Positions 26,116 through 35,401 of a stretch of DNA of 44,323 nt are shown here, in pieces (positions within the stretch are counted from its first letter, which is position 1; every line of letters begins with the position of its first letter). Both the position numbers and the translations under genes were made by a program. The stretch is from a bacterium. Its GTDB lineage: Bacteria; Patescibacteriota; Minisyncoccia; Phycocordibacterales; JAKEFN01. The notes under the pieces are model-generated. The model was given only the letters and a program-made list of their open reading frames with translations, was not told where the DNA came from and made no database searches. The DNA lies in NCBI GenBank assembly GCA_022616085.1, contig JAKEFN010000096.1, positions 1 to 44,323 on the forward strand. The letters run 5' to 3'.

Positions 26116-26141
26116 CAAAAAAACGGCGATTGAATCGCCGT
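26116..26141 (-). terminator. Rho-independent terminator downstream of ileS
   Basis: The minus strand reads acggcgatt-c-aatcgccgt followed by ttttttt. Confidence 0.65.
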
Positions 26142-26206
26142 AAGACAAAAAACTAGACCTCGGGGTCGGGGGTCACCCAGCCGATACCGAAAAGCAGGCC
26201 ATATTC

Positions 26207-29200
26207 TCATTTTTTTGCAACCAAATGAAGCAGTATGCTCTTCCCCCCGACTTCCGCTTTTTCGCCTTTCTCCAAATCGACAAAGCGCATATCCGAAAGC
26301 CCTGCGGCTTTTTTGAGATACTCCAAAGAATCCGCCAAATCCTCTTCGACAGTGCGGCTTATTTCGAGAACGGCGCGGTCGGACGGCGCAAGCGCCGCAA
26401 TCTTCCGAAGCCCTTGTATGCTCCGGAGTATTTCTCTCAAATCTCCTTCTTTTTTGAGCGCCGGCGTAATTTCGGTGTCAAGCGTTACCTCCGCCGCATC
26501 GCCGAAACGGGCATCCTTCACATTCACCTCGTCGAGCACGACCTCGATAGTATTCGGAAGACTCCATGCGTTCGGGATCGTTACCTTTCCGAGCGGCTGT
26601 CTCACGCGAATGCCCGCGCGGCTCCGCTTCTCGAGGATGACATTCACGGCATCGCGCGCACGGCCCATCTCCGCGATAATTTTTTCTTCATGTCCGGAAA
26701 AATCCTCGCTCCACCATTCTGCGAGGTGAACGCTCTCGGGATCGCTCTCGCCGCGAACCTCCCTGTATACGCGCTCGGCGATAAACGGCATGAAGGGGGC
26801 GATTATTTTTGAAAAATTCAAAAGAACGAAGCGGGTCGTTCGAAGAGCGCGGAGAGTGTCTTCGCGGTCGTCTCCTTTAAAGCGTTCGCGCGAACGGCGA
26901 AGATACCATGTGGAGAGGTCATCGATAAAAAGACCGATGGGGCGCACCGCCGCCTCGATATCATACGCGTCCATCTGTTCGGCTACACCGATCGAAAGTT
27001 CGCGGAGCCGCGCGAGAATCCACTGGTCGAGAACGTGCCCGCTCTCGCGCTCCGAATCCCCCACATCGAACGATCCCTTGTAAAGCATGTAAAAAGAAAG
27101 CACGTTATCAAGCCGAAGTATGTTTTTTTTATAAATCTCGTCGACTCCCTTTTCGGAAAAATGAAGGTCTTCTGATTTCATAATCGGAGAGGAGAAGAGA
27201 TAGAGCCGAAGGGCGTCAACGCCGTATGTGTCGATGAGAATGTTCGGATCGGGAAAATTCCCTTTTGATTTGGACATTTTTGCGCCGTCTTCGGCGAGAA
27301 CAGTGCCGGTCGTTACGATATTTTTGAATGGAATCTCATCAAACAAAATAACGGAAATAACGTGCGTATAATAAAACCATGTTCTCGTCTGGGCGATATA
27401 TTCAGCGACAAAATCCGCCGGAAAATTCCGCTTTTCAAATTCTTTCTTGTTCTCGAACGGATAGTGGAACTGCGCGAACGGCATGGAGCCTGATTCGAAC
27501 CAGCAGTCAACCACTTCGGAGATGCGCCGCATTACTCCGCCGCATCCTGCCGAATCGCAGGGCCAGACAAACGCATCAATATAGGGCCGATGGAGATCAA
27601 GCTCATAATTCCTATTATGAGGGAACGGCGCGTATTCGATCGCGCGGACGTCGGCGTTCCCAAAAATCGAGTATTTGCCTCCCCAAAGATCCGCCGCCGC
27701 GGAGTCGTCGAGTCCCCGCGCCGCCGCGAGAAGAAGCCCCATGGGCGCGTCATGCATGACAAAAAGAATGTTCTTTCCTTCATGGGAATCCTCAAAAGAA
27801 ACGAGAGCGTCGCCTATTCGTTTTTTTATGTCATGGTAGTCTTCGCCGCCGATTTTCTCGGTGAAGCGATCTTTTACCGATTTGAAATGCCGATGGTATT
27901 CGTCCACGGATTTCCCTTCGAATGTTCCGCCGGATACTTCGCGAATCCGATCATCTATATGAAGCGCGCTCTCCGGAAGGCCAAGCTCCTCGCGCATAAT
28001 CTCCGCAGTTTCCCGCGCCCGAAGAATCGGAGAGGAAACGATAAGATCAATTGCCGCCTCTTTCTTCAATTTCGATGCGGCGGATTTTGATTGATCCCGT
28101 CCCAAAGGCGTCAGATGATGAGCATCTTCTTGGAGGGTGCCGAGAGTGTTTTTTACATTATTTTCGGACTCGCCGTGCCGCATGGCGAAATATCTGTTCC
28201 GAGGCTTCACTCGCTTCTTTAGATCGTCAAGCGAACCCATGACTTCAATCGCGCCGCACGCAGAGCATTTCCAAAAAGGAAGCGGAGACGCCCAGAAACG
28301 ATTGCGGGAGATGTTCCAATCCGGCGCGCTTTCGACTATTTTTTTATATCGGCCCTCTTTCAAATGCTCCGGAATCCAGTTGATTTTTTCATTTGTTTTG
28401 AGGACGCGGTTCTTTATCGGATCGATTTTGATGAACCATGCCGGCAAGGCGTAATAGAGAAGCGGCGTTTCGCACCGAAAACAATGCGGGTATGAATGCT
28501 TGATTGTTTCTTTTGCAAAAAGCGCCCCGCGAACGGCGAGAGACCTAAGCATCTCTATATCGGCGGCTTTGTGATTGTCTTTCGGCTTCACCGGTATCCC
28601 TTGGAACAGTGGCTCTCCGGATACATCGGCAAAATTGTCTTTGAATTTTCCCTCGGGAGTCACGTGCCAAACGATCGGCAGATTTTCTTTCTTCGCGAGA
28701 CTCATATCATCCTCCCCGAACGCGGGAGCGATGTGGACGATTCCCGTTCCTTCATCCGTTGTTACGAAATCGGCGCCATACACCTTCCAGCCGTTCTCGC
28801 GGTTTTTCAAATTCTTTTCTTTCTCATAATAGCCAAAAAGCGGTTTATATTTTTTACCGATGAGGTCTCGACCGGAAAATTCATCCGTTATTGCTAATCT
28901 TATTTGTTTAAAAATAAACGCTCCGTCCCCCTCTCTGTATTTTTCATCATCCAGAATATTTTTTGCCACAATAACAAATTTTTCTTCCGATGAAACAAGA
29001 CCATGCGTATTCGATCCGGCAAAAACTTTCGCTTTCACATAAACAATCTCCGGATTCACCGCAAGCGCGGTATTCCCCGGCAATGTCCACGGAGTGGTCG
29101 TCCACGCAAGGAGATATGTCCCGGGCAGATCGGCAAGCTCAAACTTCACATACGCCGAAATGTCGCTTATATCCTTATAGCTTCCGTCCATCGCAATTTC

Positions 29201-29785
29201 CGCATTTGCAATAGGCGTCTCGCACCGCGGGCAATACGGAAGAACGCGCGTTCCTTCATAGATGAAACCTTTGCCCCAAATTTCTTTAAGCGCCCACCAG
29301 ACAGACTCGATAAACGTATTGTCCATCGTCTTGTATGATCCGTCAAAATCAACCCACCGCCCGATCCGCTCCACCGTTTTTTTCCATTCCGCGGCATAAG
29401 CAAGGACGGACCCGCGCGCGCGTTCATTGAATATATCCACCCCGAGTTTTTCTATCTCGCGCTTGCCCGAAATTTTCAAATCCTTTTCCACGATGTTCTC
29501 AATCGGAAGCCCGTGGCAATCCCATCCCCACACGCGCCGGACAGAACGCCCTTTCATGGTCTTGTAGCGCGGTATGGCGTCTTTAATGACGCTCGCAAGA
29601 ATATGTCCGTAATGCGGAAGACCGGTCGCAAATGGAGGGCCGTCGTAGAAAACAAAAGGCTTCCCGTCCTTCGTCTTTTCAAGCGTTTTTTCAAAAATCC
29701 CATTTCCGCGCCAAAAAGAGAGCGTTTCCTCCTCGCGAAGCGCCACAGCGGATTTTTTGGTTTTTTTTGCTTCATTTTCAGCCAT
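26207..29785 (-). CDS. ileS: Isoleucyl-tRNA synthetase with an internal histidine-phosphatase-like domain
   Basis: HIGH-type PHYGH, KMSKS, a CP1 editing region (TTTPWTLPGN) and a 1192-aa length. Residues ~529-722 (RYFAMRHGESENN...) look like a phosphoglycerate-mutase-family module. Confidence 0.93.
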   Translation of the reverse strand: MAENEAKKTKKSAVALREEETLSFWRGNGIFEKTLEKTKDGKPFVFYDGPPFATGLPHYGHILASVIKDAIPRYKTMKGRSVRRVWGWDCHGLPIENIVEKDLKISGKREIEKLGVDIFNERARGSVLAYAAEWKKTVERIGRWVDFDGSYKTMDNTFIESVWWALKEIWGKGFIYEGTRVLPYCPRCETPIANAEIAMDGSYKDISDISAYVKFELADLPGTYLLAWTTTPWTLPGNTALAVNPEIVYVKAKVFAGSNTHGLVSSEEKFVIVAKNILDDEKYREGDGAFIFKQIRLAITDEFSGRDLIGKKYKPLFGYYEKEKNLKNRENGWKVYGADFVTTDEGTGIVHIAPAFGEDDMSLAKKENLPIVWHVTPEGKFKDNFADVSGEPLFQGIPVKPKDNHKAADIEMLRSLAVRGALFAKETIKHSYPHCFRCETPLLYYALPAWFIKIDPIKNRVLKTNEKINWIPEHLKEGRYKKIVESAPDWNISRNRFWASPLPFWKCSACGAIEVMGSLDDLKKRVKPRNRYFAMRHGESENNVKNTLGTLQEDAHHLTPLGRDQSKSAASKLKKEAAIDLIVSSPILRARETAEIMREELGLPESALHIDDRIREVSGGTFEGKSVDEYHRHFKSVKDRFTEKIGGEDYHDIKKRIGDALVSFEDSHEGKNILFVMHDAPMGLLLAAARGLDDSAAADLWGGKYSIFGNADVRAIEYAPFPHNRNYELDLHRPYIDAFVWPCDSAGCGGVMRRISEVVDCWFESGSMPFAQFHYPFENKKEFEKRNFPADFVAEYIAQTRTWFYYTHVISVILFDEIPFKNIVTTGTVLAEDGAKMSKSKGNFPDPNILIDTYGVDALRLYLFSSPIMKSEDLHFSEKGVDEIYKKNILRLDNVLSFYMLYKGSFDVGDSERESGHVLDQWILARLRELSIGVAEQMDAYDIEAAVRPIGLFIDDLSTWYLRRSRERFKGDDREDTLRALRTTRFVLLNFSKIIAPFMPFIAERVYREVRGESDPESVHLAEWWSEDFSGHEEKIIAEMGRARDAVNVILEKRSRAGIRVRQPLGKVTIPNAWSLPNTIEVVLDEVNVKDARFGDAAEVTLDTEITPALKKEGDLREILRSIQGLRKIAALAPSDRAVLEISRTVEEDLADSLEYLKKAAGLSDMRFVDLEKGEKAEVGGKSILLHLVAKK

Positions 29786-29824
29786 AAAATATATTGATTA
29801 TCGTAACATTTTTCCCTGTATACG

Positions 29825-29852
29825 CAAAAAGAAGCCCCGTCTCCAACAGGGC
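29825..29852 (-). terminator. Rho-independent terminator after the EEP gene
   Basis: The minus strand reads gccctg-ttggaga-cggggc followed by ttcttttt. Confidence 0.55.
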
Positions 29853-29899
29853 AAAATCAACAATATGTATACTATCATTTTTATTATAGCATCTACAAT

Positions 29900-30619
29900 T
29901 TATTTGTCGAGTTCAATATCAACCCAAATTGGGGAATGGTCGGATCCATACGTTTTTCGAGAAATTGACCGTTCCTTAATCACTCTTGAATCCGGCGCGA
30001 TGATGAAGTCAAGCTGCATCAAAAAACCCGGATAGGTAATCTTCCCGCACGAAACATCTTGGAAACCGTAGCGGCGCACGAGTTCGAGAAGCGACCTTTT
30101 CTCATGCATTCCATATTCATCAGCTCTCGACGATCCCGAGTGTATTCGCTCAAAAAGCATAAGCACCGGCTTGAGCCACTTCCTCCCGAATGCATTGAAG
30201 TCGCCGCAGAGAATGGTTCGCCCATCAACATGCCGGCGCATGATCGAATCAAGCTGTTTCAGCCGCGCGGCGGGAGAGAGCGTATTCTCCATATGAGCGT
30301 TGATTATTTTAATTCGTTCACGCCCGCGGCGCGCCTCAATATAGTGGAAACCCTGTGCTTCAATATCGCCCGCTTTTTCGACAAAAAATTCGTTCCGCGC
30401 CAAAATGGCCATGCGGCATTTCTTTTTTCTCTTATGCGTCAGGCCAAAAGTATCTTCATGCGTAAAAATAGACCATGATCCGTCATCTTCGATCATCTGA
30501 AGAAGCGGCTCGGTCACTTCTTGGAGACATATGAAATCAAAACCATCGCGCTTAATGAACGAGTATACATCGCGATACCGTTCGTTCCGCGCCCAGACAT
30601 TCCACGTGAGAACTCTCAA
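29900..30619 (-). CDS. Endonuclease/exonuclease/phosphatase (EEP) family protein
   Basis: MRVLTWNVW...ICLQEV...GDFN...GSDHSPIWVDI. Confidence 0.88.
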   Translation of the reverse strand: MRVLTWNVWARNERYRDVYSFIKRDGFDFICLQEVTEPLLQMIEDDGSWSIFTHEDTFGLTHKRKKKCRMAILARNEFFVEKAGDIEAQGFHYIEARRGRERIKIINAHMENTLSPAARLKQLDSIMRRHVDGRTILCGDFNAFGRKWLKPVLMLFERIHSGSSRADEYGMHEKRSLLELVRRYGFQDVSCGKITYPGFLMQLDFIIAPDSRVIKERSISRKTYGSDHSPIWVDIELDK

Positions 30620-30692
30620 GAGGAAACCTCCTCAAGTAATTTTTTTCTAAAAGCCTCCGTTCAGTATAATTAAAAAAACAAAAAAATCAATC

Positions 30693-30959
30693 TCAAATTG
30701 TTTCAGTTGTTGTCGCGAACGTCGTCGTTGCGGTGTTCTCTTCATCGTTCTCCGCCTCTTTGGCCTTGTCAAAGATGCCCTCATAAAACCCCCAGAGTAT
30801 CGGTTTCGCAGAATCCTCCCAAAATTCAACGGTAAAATCGCCTACCGACGTGATTGCGGACTTTATTTTCGGATGATCTTCCGCAAAACTCTGGACATCA
30901 ATATTCCAATAGATTAGTGCGGAAATCACTACAATCGCAATGACAATAATTTTGGTCAT
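30693..30959 (-). CDS. Hypothetical small membrane-anchored protein
   Basis: The start at M5 (MTKIIVIAIVVISALIY) avoids overlap with the upstream gene. It has an acidic/Thr-rich tail. Confidence 0.6.
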   Translation of the reverse strand: MTKIIVIAIVVISALIYWNIDVQSFAEDHPKIKSAITSVGDFTVEFWEDSAKPILWGFYEGIFDKAKEAENDEENTATTTFATTTETI

Positions 30960-30960
30960 A

Positions 30961-32283
30961 CTATTCCACAATCTGCAAATACGATAATGGATTTAGATAC
31001 CCGTTTTGCTTCGTGAGCACGGGGAGTTTTAACTCAGTTCCGCATACGCGGCTCTTGTATGCCGGCGCCGAGAGCCCCGCAACGCCGACCGCATCCGATG
31101 CGAATACGGTGAAATGAAGATGCGGACCCGTGGAATAACCCGTATTTCCAGTATATCCTATCGTCTCTCCGGCTGAAACAGTCTGCCCTTTCGAAGCCTT
31201 GATAAGCGAGAGATGCGCATAGAGAGTCGAAAGTCCGTTTGGATGTTCAATGAGCACCCATTTACCGTAGGATACGCCCCAGCATGCGACATCGGTGTCG
31301 CCCGTATCAACAATCATTCCCGATGCGGCGGCGAACGCCTCCGTGCCGGGAGGCGCGGAGAGATCAATGCCGTTATGCCCTTTTCCGTTATACACTTGGG
31401 GATTTTGCGTGGCGAAGGGGGTGTTACCGAAATACTGCGTGATGGTAACATCGCGGAGAGGCCAACGAAGCATCCCTTCTTGCGCCCCGGGCACAAGGCT
31501 CGGGTCGAGCACGGTCTTCAATTCCGCTTCAAACTCGCGAAGCTCCGCCTCAAGCGCCTCTTTCTTTTTCAGGCGGTCTGCAAGCTGTTCCTTGTATTCG
31601 GCCTCTTTGTTCTTGGTCTGCTTCAGAAGCTTTTCTTTTTCTTTCTTGTTGATCTCCGCAATTTGTTTTTTGTCGGAAAGCGAGCCCTTGAGCGTAACGA
31701 GTGAGCCAAGCTCCTGTTCCATATCTCCCTTATTCTCCACAAGTCCGTCTTTAAGCGACCGGAGTTCGGCAAGGCTTGCGCTCATGCTTGTCTGAAGCCG
31801 CCCTAAATTTTCGATGCTGTCCCAAAAATCGGCGATATTGTCGTATGACAAAACTATTTCGGCGAGGGACTGCGATTCTATTTCGTACATCTGCCGAAGA
31901 ATATTTCCGGTCGCGGACAAATTAAACGTGATGCCTTCTTCTTTCCTCCCGATCTCAAGAGAGAGACGCTCGACATTGAGGTTGGTGGTGCCGATTTTGT
32001 TTTCGGTGACGCGGATATCGCCTTCGATTTTCTTTCGGGACGAATCGATGGTCTTAATCGCGCCGGAAAGCGTATTAATCTCGGTCCCCGCTTTTTGTAT
32101 TTCTTTCTTATAGCCGCTGATCTCTTCCTCGATTTTCGAGAGTTCCTTGTTGCGCGCCTCGATATTTGACTTTATTTCGTCAACTCGCGCCGCGTGCGCA
32201 TAATCATAAAGAGAGGCGCACGCAAAAAATACAAAAATAAATGCGCCGACAGAAAAAAAAGTTTTCTTCATTTGAAAATTCAT
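30961..32283 (-). CDS. Secreted coiled-coil M23 family metallopeptidase (EnvC-like architecture)
   Basis: Signal peptide, a long coiled-coil, and a C-terminal region with HNGIDLSAPPGT and GPHLHFTVF. There is an ATGA overlap with the gltX stop. Confidence 0.9.
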   Translation of the reverse strand: MNFQMKKTFFSVGAFIFVFFACASLYDYAHAARVDEIKSNIEARNKELSKIEEEISGYKKEIQKAGTEINTLSGAIKTIDSSRKKIEGDIRVTENKIGTTNLNVERLSLEIGRKEEGITFNLSATGNILRQMYEIESQSLAEIVLSYDNIADFWDSIENLGRLQTSMSASLAELRSLKDGLVENKGDMEQELGSLVTLKGSLSDKKQIAEINKKEKEKLLKQTKNKEAEYKEQLADRLKKKEALEAELREFEAELKTVLDPSLVPGAQEGMLRWPLRDVTITQYFGNTPFATQNPQVYNGKGHNGIDLSAPPGTEAFAAASGMIVDTGDTDVACWGVSYGKWVLIEHPNGLSTLYAHLSLIKASKGQTVSAGETIGYTGNTGYSTGPHLHFTVFASDAVGVAGLSAPAYKSRVCGTELKLPVLTKQNGYLNPLSYLQIVE

Positions 32284-33638
32284 AGTTTTTTTTCAGCGAC
32301 CGCAAGGCGCCGGAGCGTCTCGTCCTTGCCGAAGAATGCCGCGAGCGTAAAGGGGTCGGGGGATTTTGGAAGTCCCGAAAGCGCGACGCGCATGGGCCAG
32401 AGGACGCTTCCTTTGCCCTTTTCTTCTGCAAACGGAAAAATTTTTTGTTTTATATATTCTTCCCCGAATTCCTCCGGCGGAATCTTGTCGAGCATGCCCG
32501 AAAGGGCTCGGAGAATCTCTCTTACCGAATCGGGATTGCCTTCTCCTTTCCAGAAAAGAGTCTCTTTCTCATAGAGAGGCTGTGAGAAAAAATACAAAAG
32601 CTCGCCGCGTTCCGCGAGTTCTCGAATATCGCCAAATGTGCTTATCCGTTCAAGAAGAAGGGGGCGAAGCTTATTTAACGTCTTCAGACTGTACCCTTCG
32701 GCATTTTTTATATCTTCAGGCATGAATCGCTCCGCATGCTCCGAAAAAACCACTTCCGACATTCGTTCAAGATATTCGCGGTTGATCCAGCGCAGTTTAT
32801 CCATGTTAAAAACAGCTCCTCCCTTTTGAACATCGGGGAGAGAAAATTGAGCGATGAGATCGCTCATGGAAAGAATCTCGCTCTCATCCTTCGGATGCCA
32901 CCCGAGAAGCGCGAGAAAATTCACGATCGCGGGCGCAACAAATCCCTTATCGCGGAATTCAAGAAGCGAGACCGCGCCATGGCGTTTGGAAAGCTTCGAA
33001 CGGTCGGGGGCGAGAATAAGCGGGATGTGCGCGTAGCGAGGCCGCGGCGCGCCGATCGCCTCCTGAATGAGAATTTGCCTTGGAGTATTCGAAATGCCGT
33101 CTTCGCCGCGAATAATATGCGTGACACCCATCTCAAAGTCGTCGACCACGACCGCAAGATGATAGAGCGGCGATTCAATATCCTTCGCTATCACAAAATC
33201 GCCAAGCTCGGAAACGTCAAATTCAATTTTCCCTCGGATAATATCTTCAAAAGAAATCTTTGTTTTCGGATTTTTGAATCTGATAACTTCACTCCGCTTG
33301 CCGTCTCTCCCGTCTTCTTTTGAAATGTATGCTGTGCCTTTTTCAATCATTTTTTCAATATGCCTTTGATAGAGCGCTGTCCGCTCCGACTGGCGGTAAT
33401 AAAATTCATCGTATTTTATCCCGAGCCATGAAAGCCCCTCAAAAATACTGTTTTCGTATTCTTTCTTCGAACGCTCGCGGTCGGTATCTTCAATGCGGAG
33501 AATCATGATCCCGCCGTTCTGCTTTGCAAATAAATAGTTGAAAAGCCCGGTGCGCGCCCCTCCGATGTGCAAAAATCCCGTCGGGGACGGTGCAAAGCGC
33601 GTTATGACTTTTTGTTGCTTTTGTGCGATGTTTTCCAT
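32280..33638 (-). CDS. gltX: Glutamyl-tRNA synthetase
   Basis: TRFAPSPTGFLHIGGART (HIGH) and KLSKRHG (KMSKS). The track start at 33644 is TTG; the ATG two codons in is preferred. Confidence 0.93.
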   Translation of the reverse strand: MENIAQKQQKVITRFAPSPTGFLHIGGARTGLFNYLFAKQNGGIMILRIEDTDRERSKKEYENSIFEGLSWLGIKYDEFYYRQSERTALYQRHIEKMIEKGTAYISKEDGRDGKRSEVIRFKNPKTKISFEDIIRGKIEFDVSELGDFVIAKDIESPLYHLAVVVDDFEMGVTHIIRGEDGISNTPRQILIQEAIGAPRPRYAHIPLILAPDRSKLSKRHGAVSLLEFRDKGFVAPAIVNFLALLGWHPKDESEILSMSDLIAQFSLPDVQKGGAVFNMDKLRWINREYLERMSEVVFSEHAERFMPEDIKNAEGYSLKTLNKLRPLLLERISTFGDIRELAERGELLYFFSQPLYEKETLFWKGEGNPDSVREILRALSGMLDKIPPEEFGEEYIKQKIFPFAEEKGKGSVLWPMRVALSGLPKSPDPFTLAAFFGKDETLRRLAVAEKKL

Positions 33639-33924
33639 ATCCAATAAGCGCGACCGGCGGCGCGTATAAAATTATACCACAGGTTTCAGAAGTCCCGGAC
33701 GATTAAAAAGTTTATAATAGAGCCCTATGTACGCCGCCTCTGCACCTCCCATACATAATAATAATTATTGGGGGAATGCACCCCACACGGATTAAGCCGG
33801 TCAAAAGATAAATCCCCCTCCGATTCTTCCTCTCCAAGATGTCTCCACACGACCGGCATAAGTTCCCTATAAAACCACCCCCATTCTATGACGGTTTTGC
33901 CGACATCTTTTTATTTTATCTTCC

Positions 33925-34296
33925 TTAATCCTCGTGCTTCACCGCGATAGCAAGAATCTCCTTGGCGATTTTTTCGGCGGCATTGGCACTCTGAGCATCA
34001 ACTAAAATAAGACCCTTGCCGTCAAACGCCTGAAAACGACCAGTCTCCGAGGACGAAATAATAACGGCTTTCCCCGAAAAAAATCCCTCATTTTCGTGGA
34101 AAACCTTTAGCGTATCTTCTTCCAGTACATCATCAATTACGATTGCTCCGAAATCATTATTGTGCGCGTTCAATGTTCCTTTGCGAAGAGAACCAAAATG
34201 CGCAACCGATATCGACTCTGAACTGACGCGCTCCCGTATTTTTTCCACAAATTGAGCGTCCGGCGATACGATAAGTATTTTTTTTGTATCTGTCAT
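33925..34296 (-). CDS. Hypothetical receiver-domain-like protein with a C-terminal 18 aa copied from MurG
   Basis: KKILIVSPD...AIVIDDVLEED resembles a CheY-like fold (tentative). The last 18 aa, AAEKIAKEILAIAVKHED, equal the MurG C-terminus. Confidence 0.65.
   Translation of the reverse strand: MTDTKKILIVSPDAQFVEKIRERVSSESISVAHFGSLRKGTLNAHNNDFGAIVIDDVLEEDTLKVFHENEGFFSGKAVIISSSETGRFQAFDGKGLILVDAQSANAAEKIAKEILAIAVKHED
33927..33983. repeat. 57-bp direct repeat, copy 1 (duplicate of the murG 3' end)
   Basis: aatcctcgtgcttcaccgcgatagcaagaatctccttggcgattttttcggcggcat is identical to 35404-35460. Confidence 0.9.
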
Positions 34297-34305
34297 ATTC
34301 TTATT

Positions 34306-35385
34306 CTAATCGTTAAGCTCGGTCTCATCAAAATCCTCCTTTTTCTCTATGGTCATAAAACCCTGATTATCCTCCTCAAACCATGGACGGATGCTGAAAT
34401 CAATTTTACCCTCATCTTTCAAACGCTTAAGCTTGTGAACCTCGCGGCCGAGGAGAATTTTCATCGCTTCATATTGATTTTCGGCTTCCGGAACGATCTT
34501 CTTGAAATAATGATAATATTCTTCTCCATTAGGTATCCTCTCGCATGAAACCGCAAGGCGCGCGAGACCGCCTTTTGAGAGCGCGAGTACCGCATTCCGT
34601 AACGCAATATGTTGAAGAAAGTAATACCGAAAGGAAACATTTGAGGTAATAAGGTCAAACTGCCCCCTAAAATCGGCGGGAAGACGCTCTGATGCCATAT
34701 AATGGAATACATCAGGATTGAACATGCCGAGTTCCTGCTCCATCGTAACGCCGTGTGTCTCCAGATGCGGGTCAATGTCTTTCATATCTTGCAGGGCCTT
34801 TCCCATGCCGCAACCAAGGTCTAAAACTTTCAAAAACTCCTTTCCCGTAGCATTCCTTATATCTCTCAGAATTTCCTTAAAATCCCCTTCACGCCCGAAA
34901 TAATGCCCAACAAGGTCCCTATTGCCGTATCCCGCCCATCCGTGTCTTTCGTATGTCGACCCGTTATCATAGAGCTGGATGCAGCGCATTTCATTGCACA
35001 ACTCCGGATTGAAAAAAATATCCAATTTTTCTTGTGCGGATAATTTTACTCCATTTTTGTCTTTAACGTCTCCATATATAAGTCGTCCATCATCGGTAAA
35101 AACATCGCCGCAAAATAGTCTTAAGTCTTGGTGATTAACCGCGAATGTCAATCTCTTGAGTATAACCCCTCTCAAAAGTTTTTCTTGTTCCGTATCAAGC
35201 GGCGTAAGCGGCTCAAAGCTAAAAAACTCCCGGTCAACGATTTTCTCAATTTCTTCTCGTGGCATCTCCTGAAAATCGCCTGACAGAAGCCCGTCAATAA
35301 AATGCGGATACATAAACATCCGTTCTTTCAGTTCTTCAACAGTGCCATCAAAATTCTCGTTTTTTGCCTCTTGGATCTCTATCAT
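34306..35385 (-). CDS. Class I SAM-dependent methyltransferase with an unknown N-terminal domain
   Basis: Motif I VLDLGCGMGKAL. It is 359 aa and more AT-rich than its neighbours by eye. Confidence 0.8.
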   Translation of the reverse strand: MIEIQEAKNENFDGTVEELKERMFMYPHFIDGLLSGDFQEMPREEIEKIVDREFFSFEPLTPLDTEQEKLLRGVILKRLTFAVNHQDLRLFCGDVFTDDGRLIYGDVKDKNGVKLSAQEKLDIFFNPELCNEMRCIQLYDNGSTYERHGWAGYGNRDLVGHYFGREGDFKEILRDIRNATGKEFLKVLDLGCGMGKALQDMKDIDPHLETHGVTMEQELGMFNPDVFHYMASERLPADFRGQFDLITSNVSFRYYFLQHIALRNAVLALSKGGLARLAVSCERIPNGEEYYHYFKKIVPEAENQYEAMKILLGREVHKLKRLKDEGKIDFSIRPWFEEDNQGFMTIEKKEDFDETELND

Positions 35386-35401
35386 CTTAATTTTTGATTT
35401 C

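Noticed and set aside
33645-33924. A T-box riboswitch upstream of gltX.
   Set aside because: No specifier or T-box consensus (AANNNGGGTGGNACCGCG) and no terminator/antiterminator pair could be found by eye.
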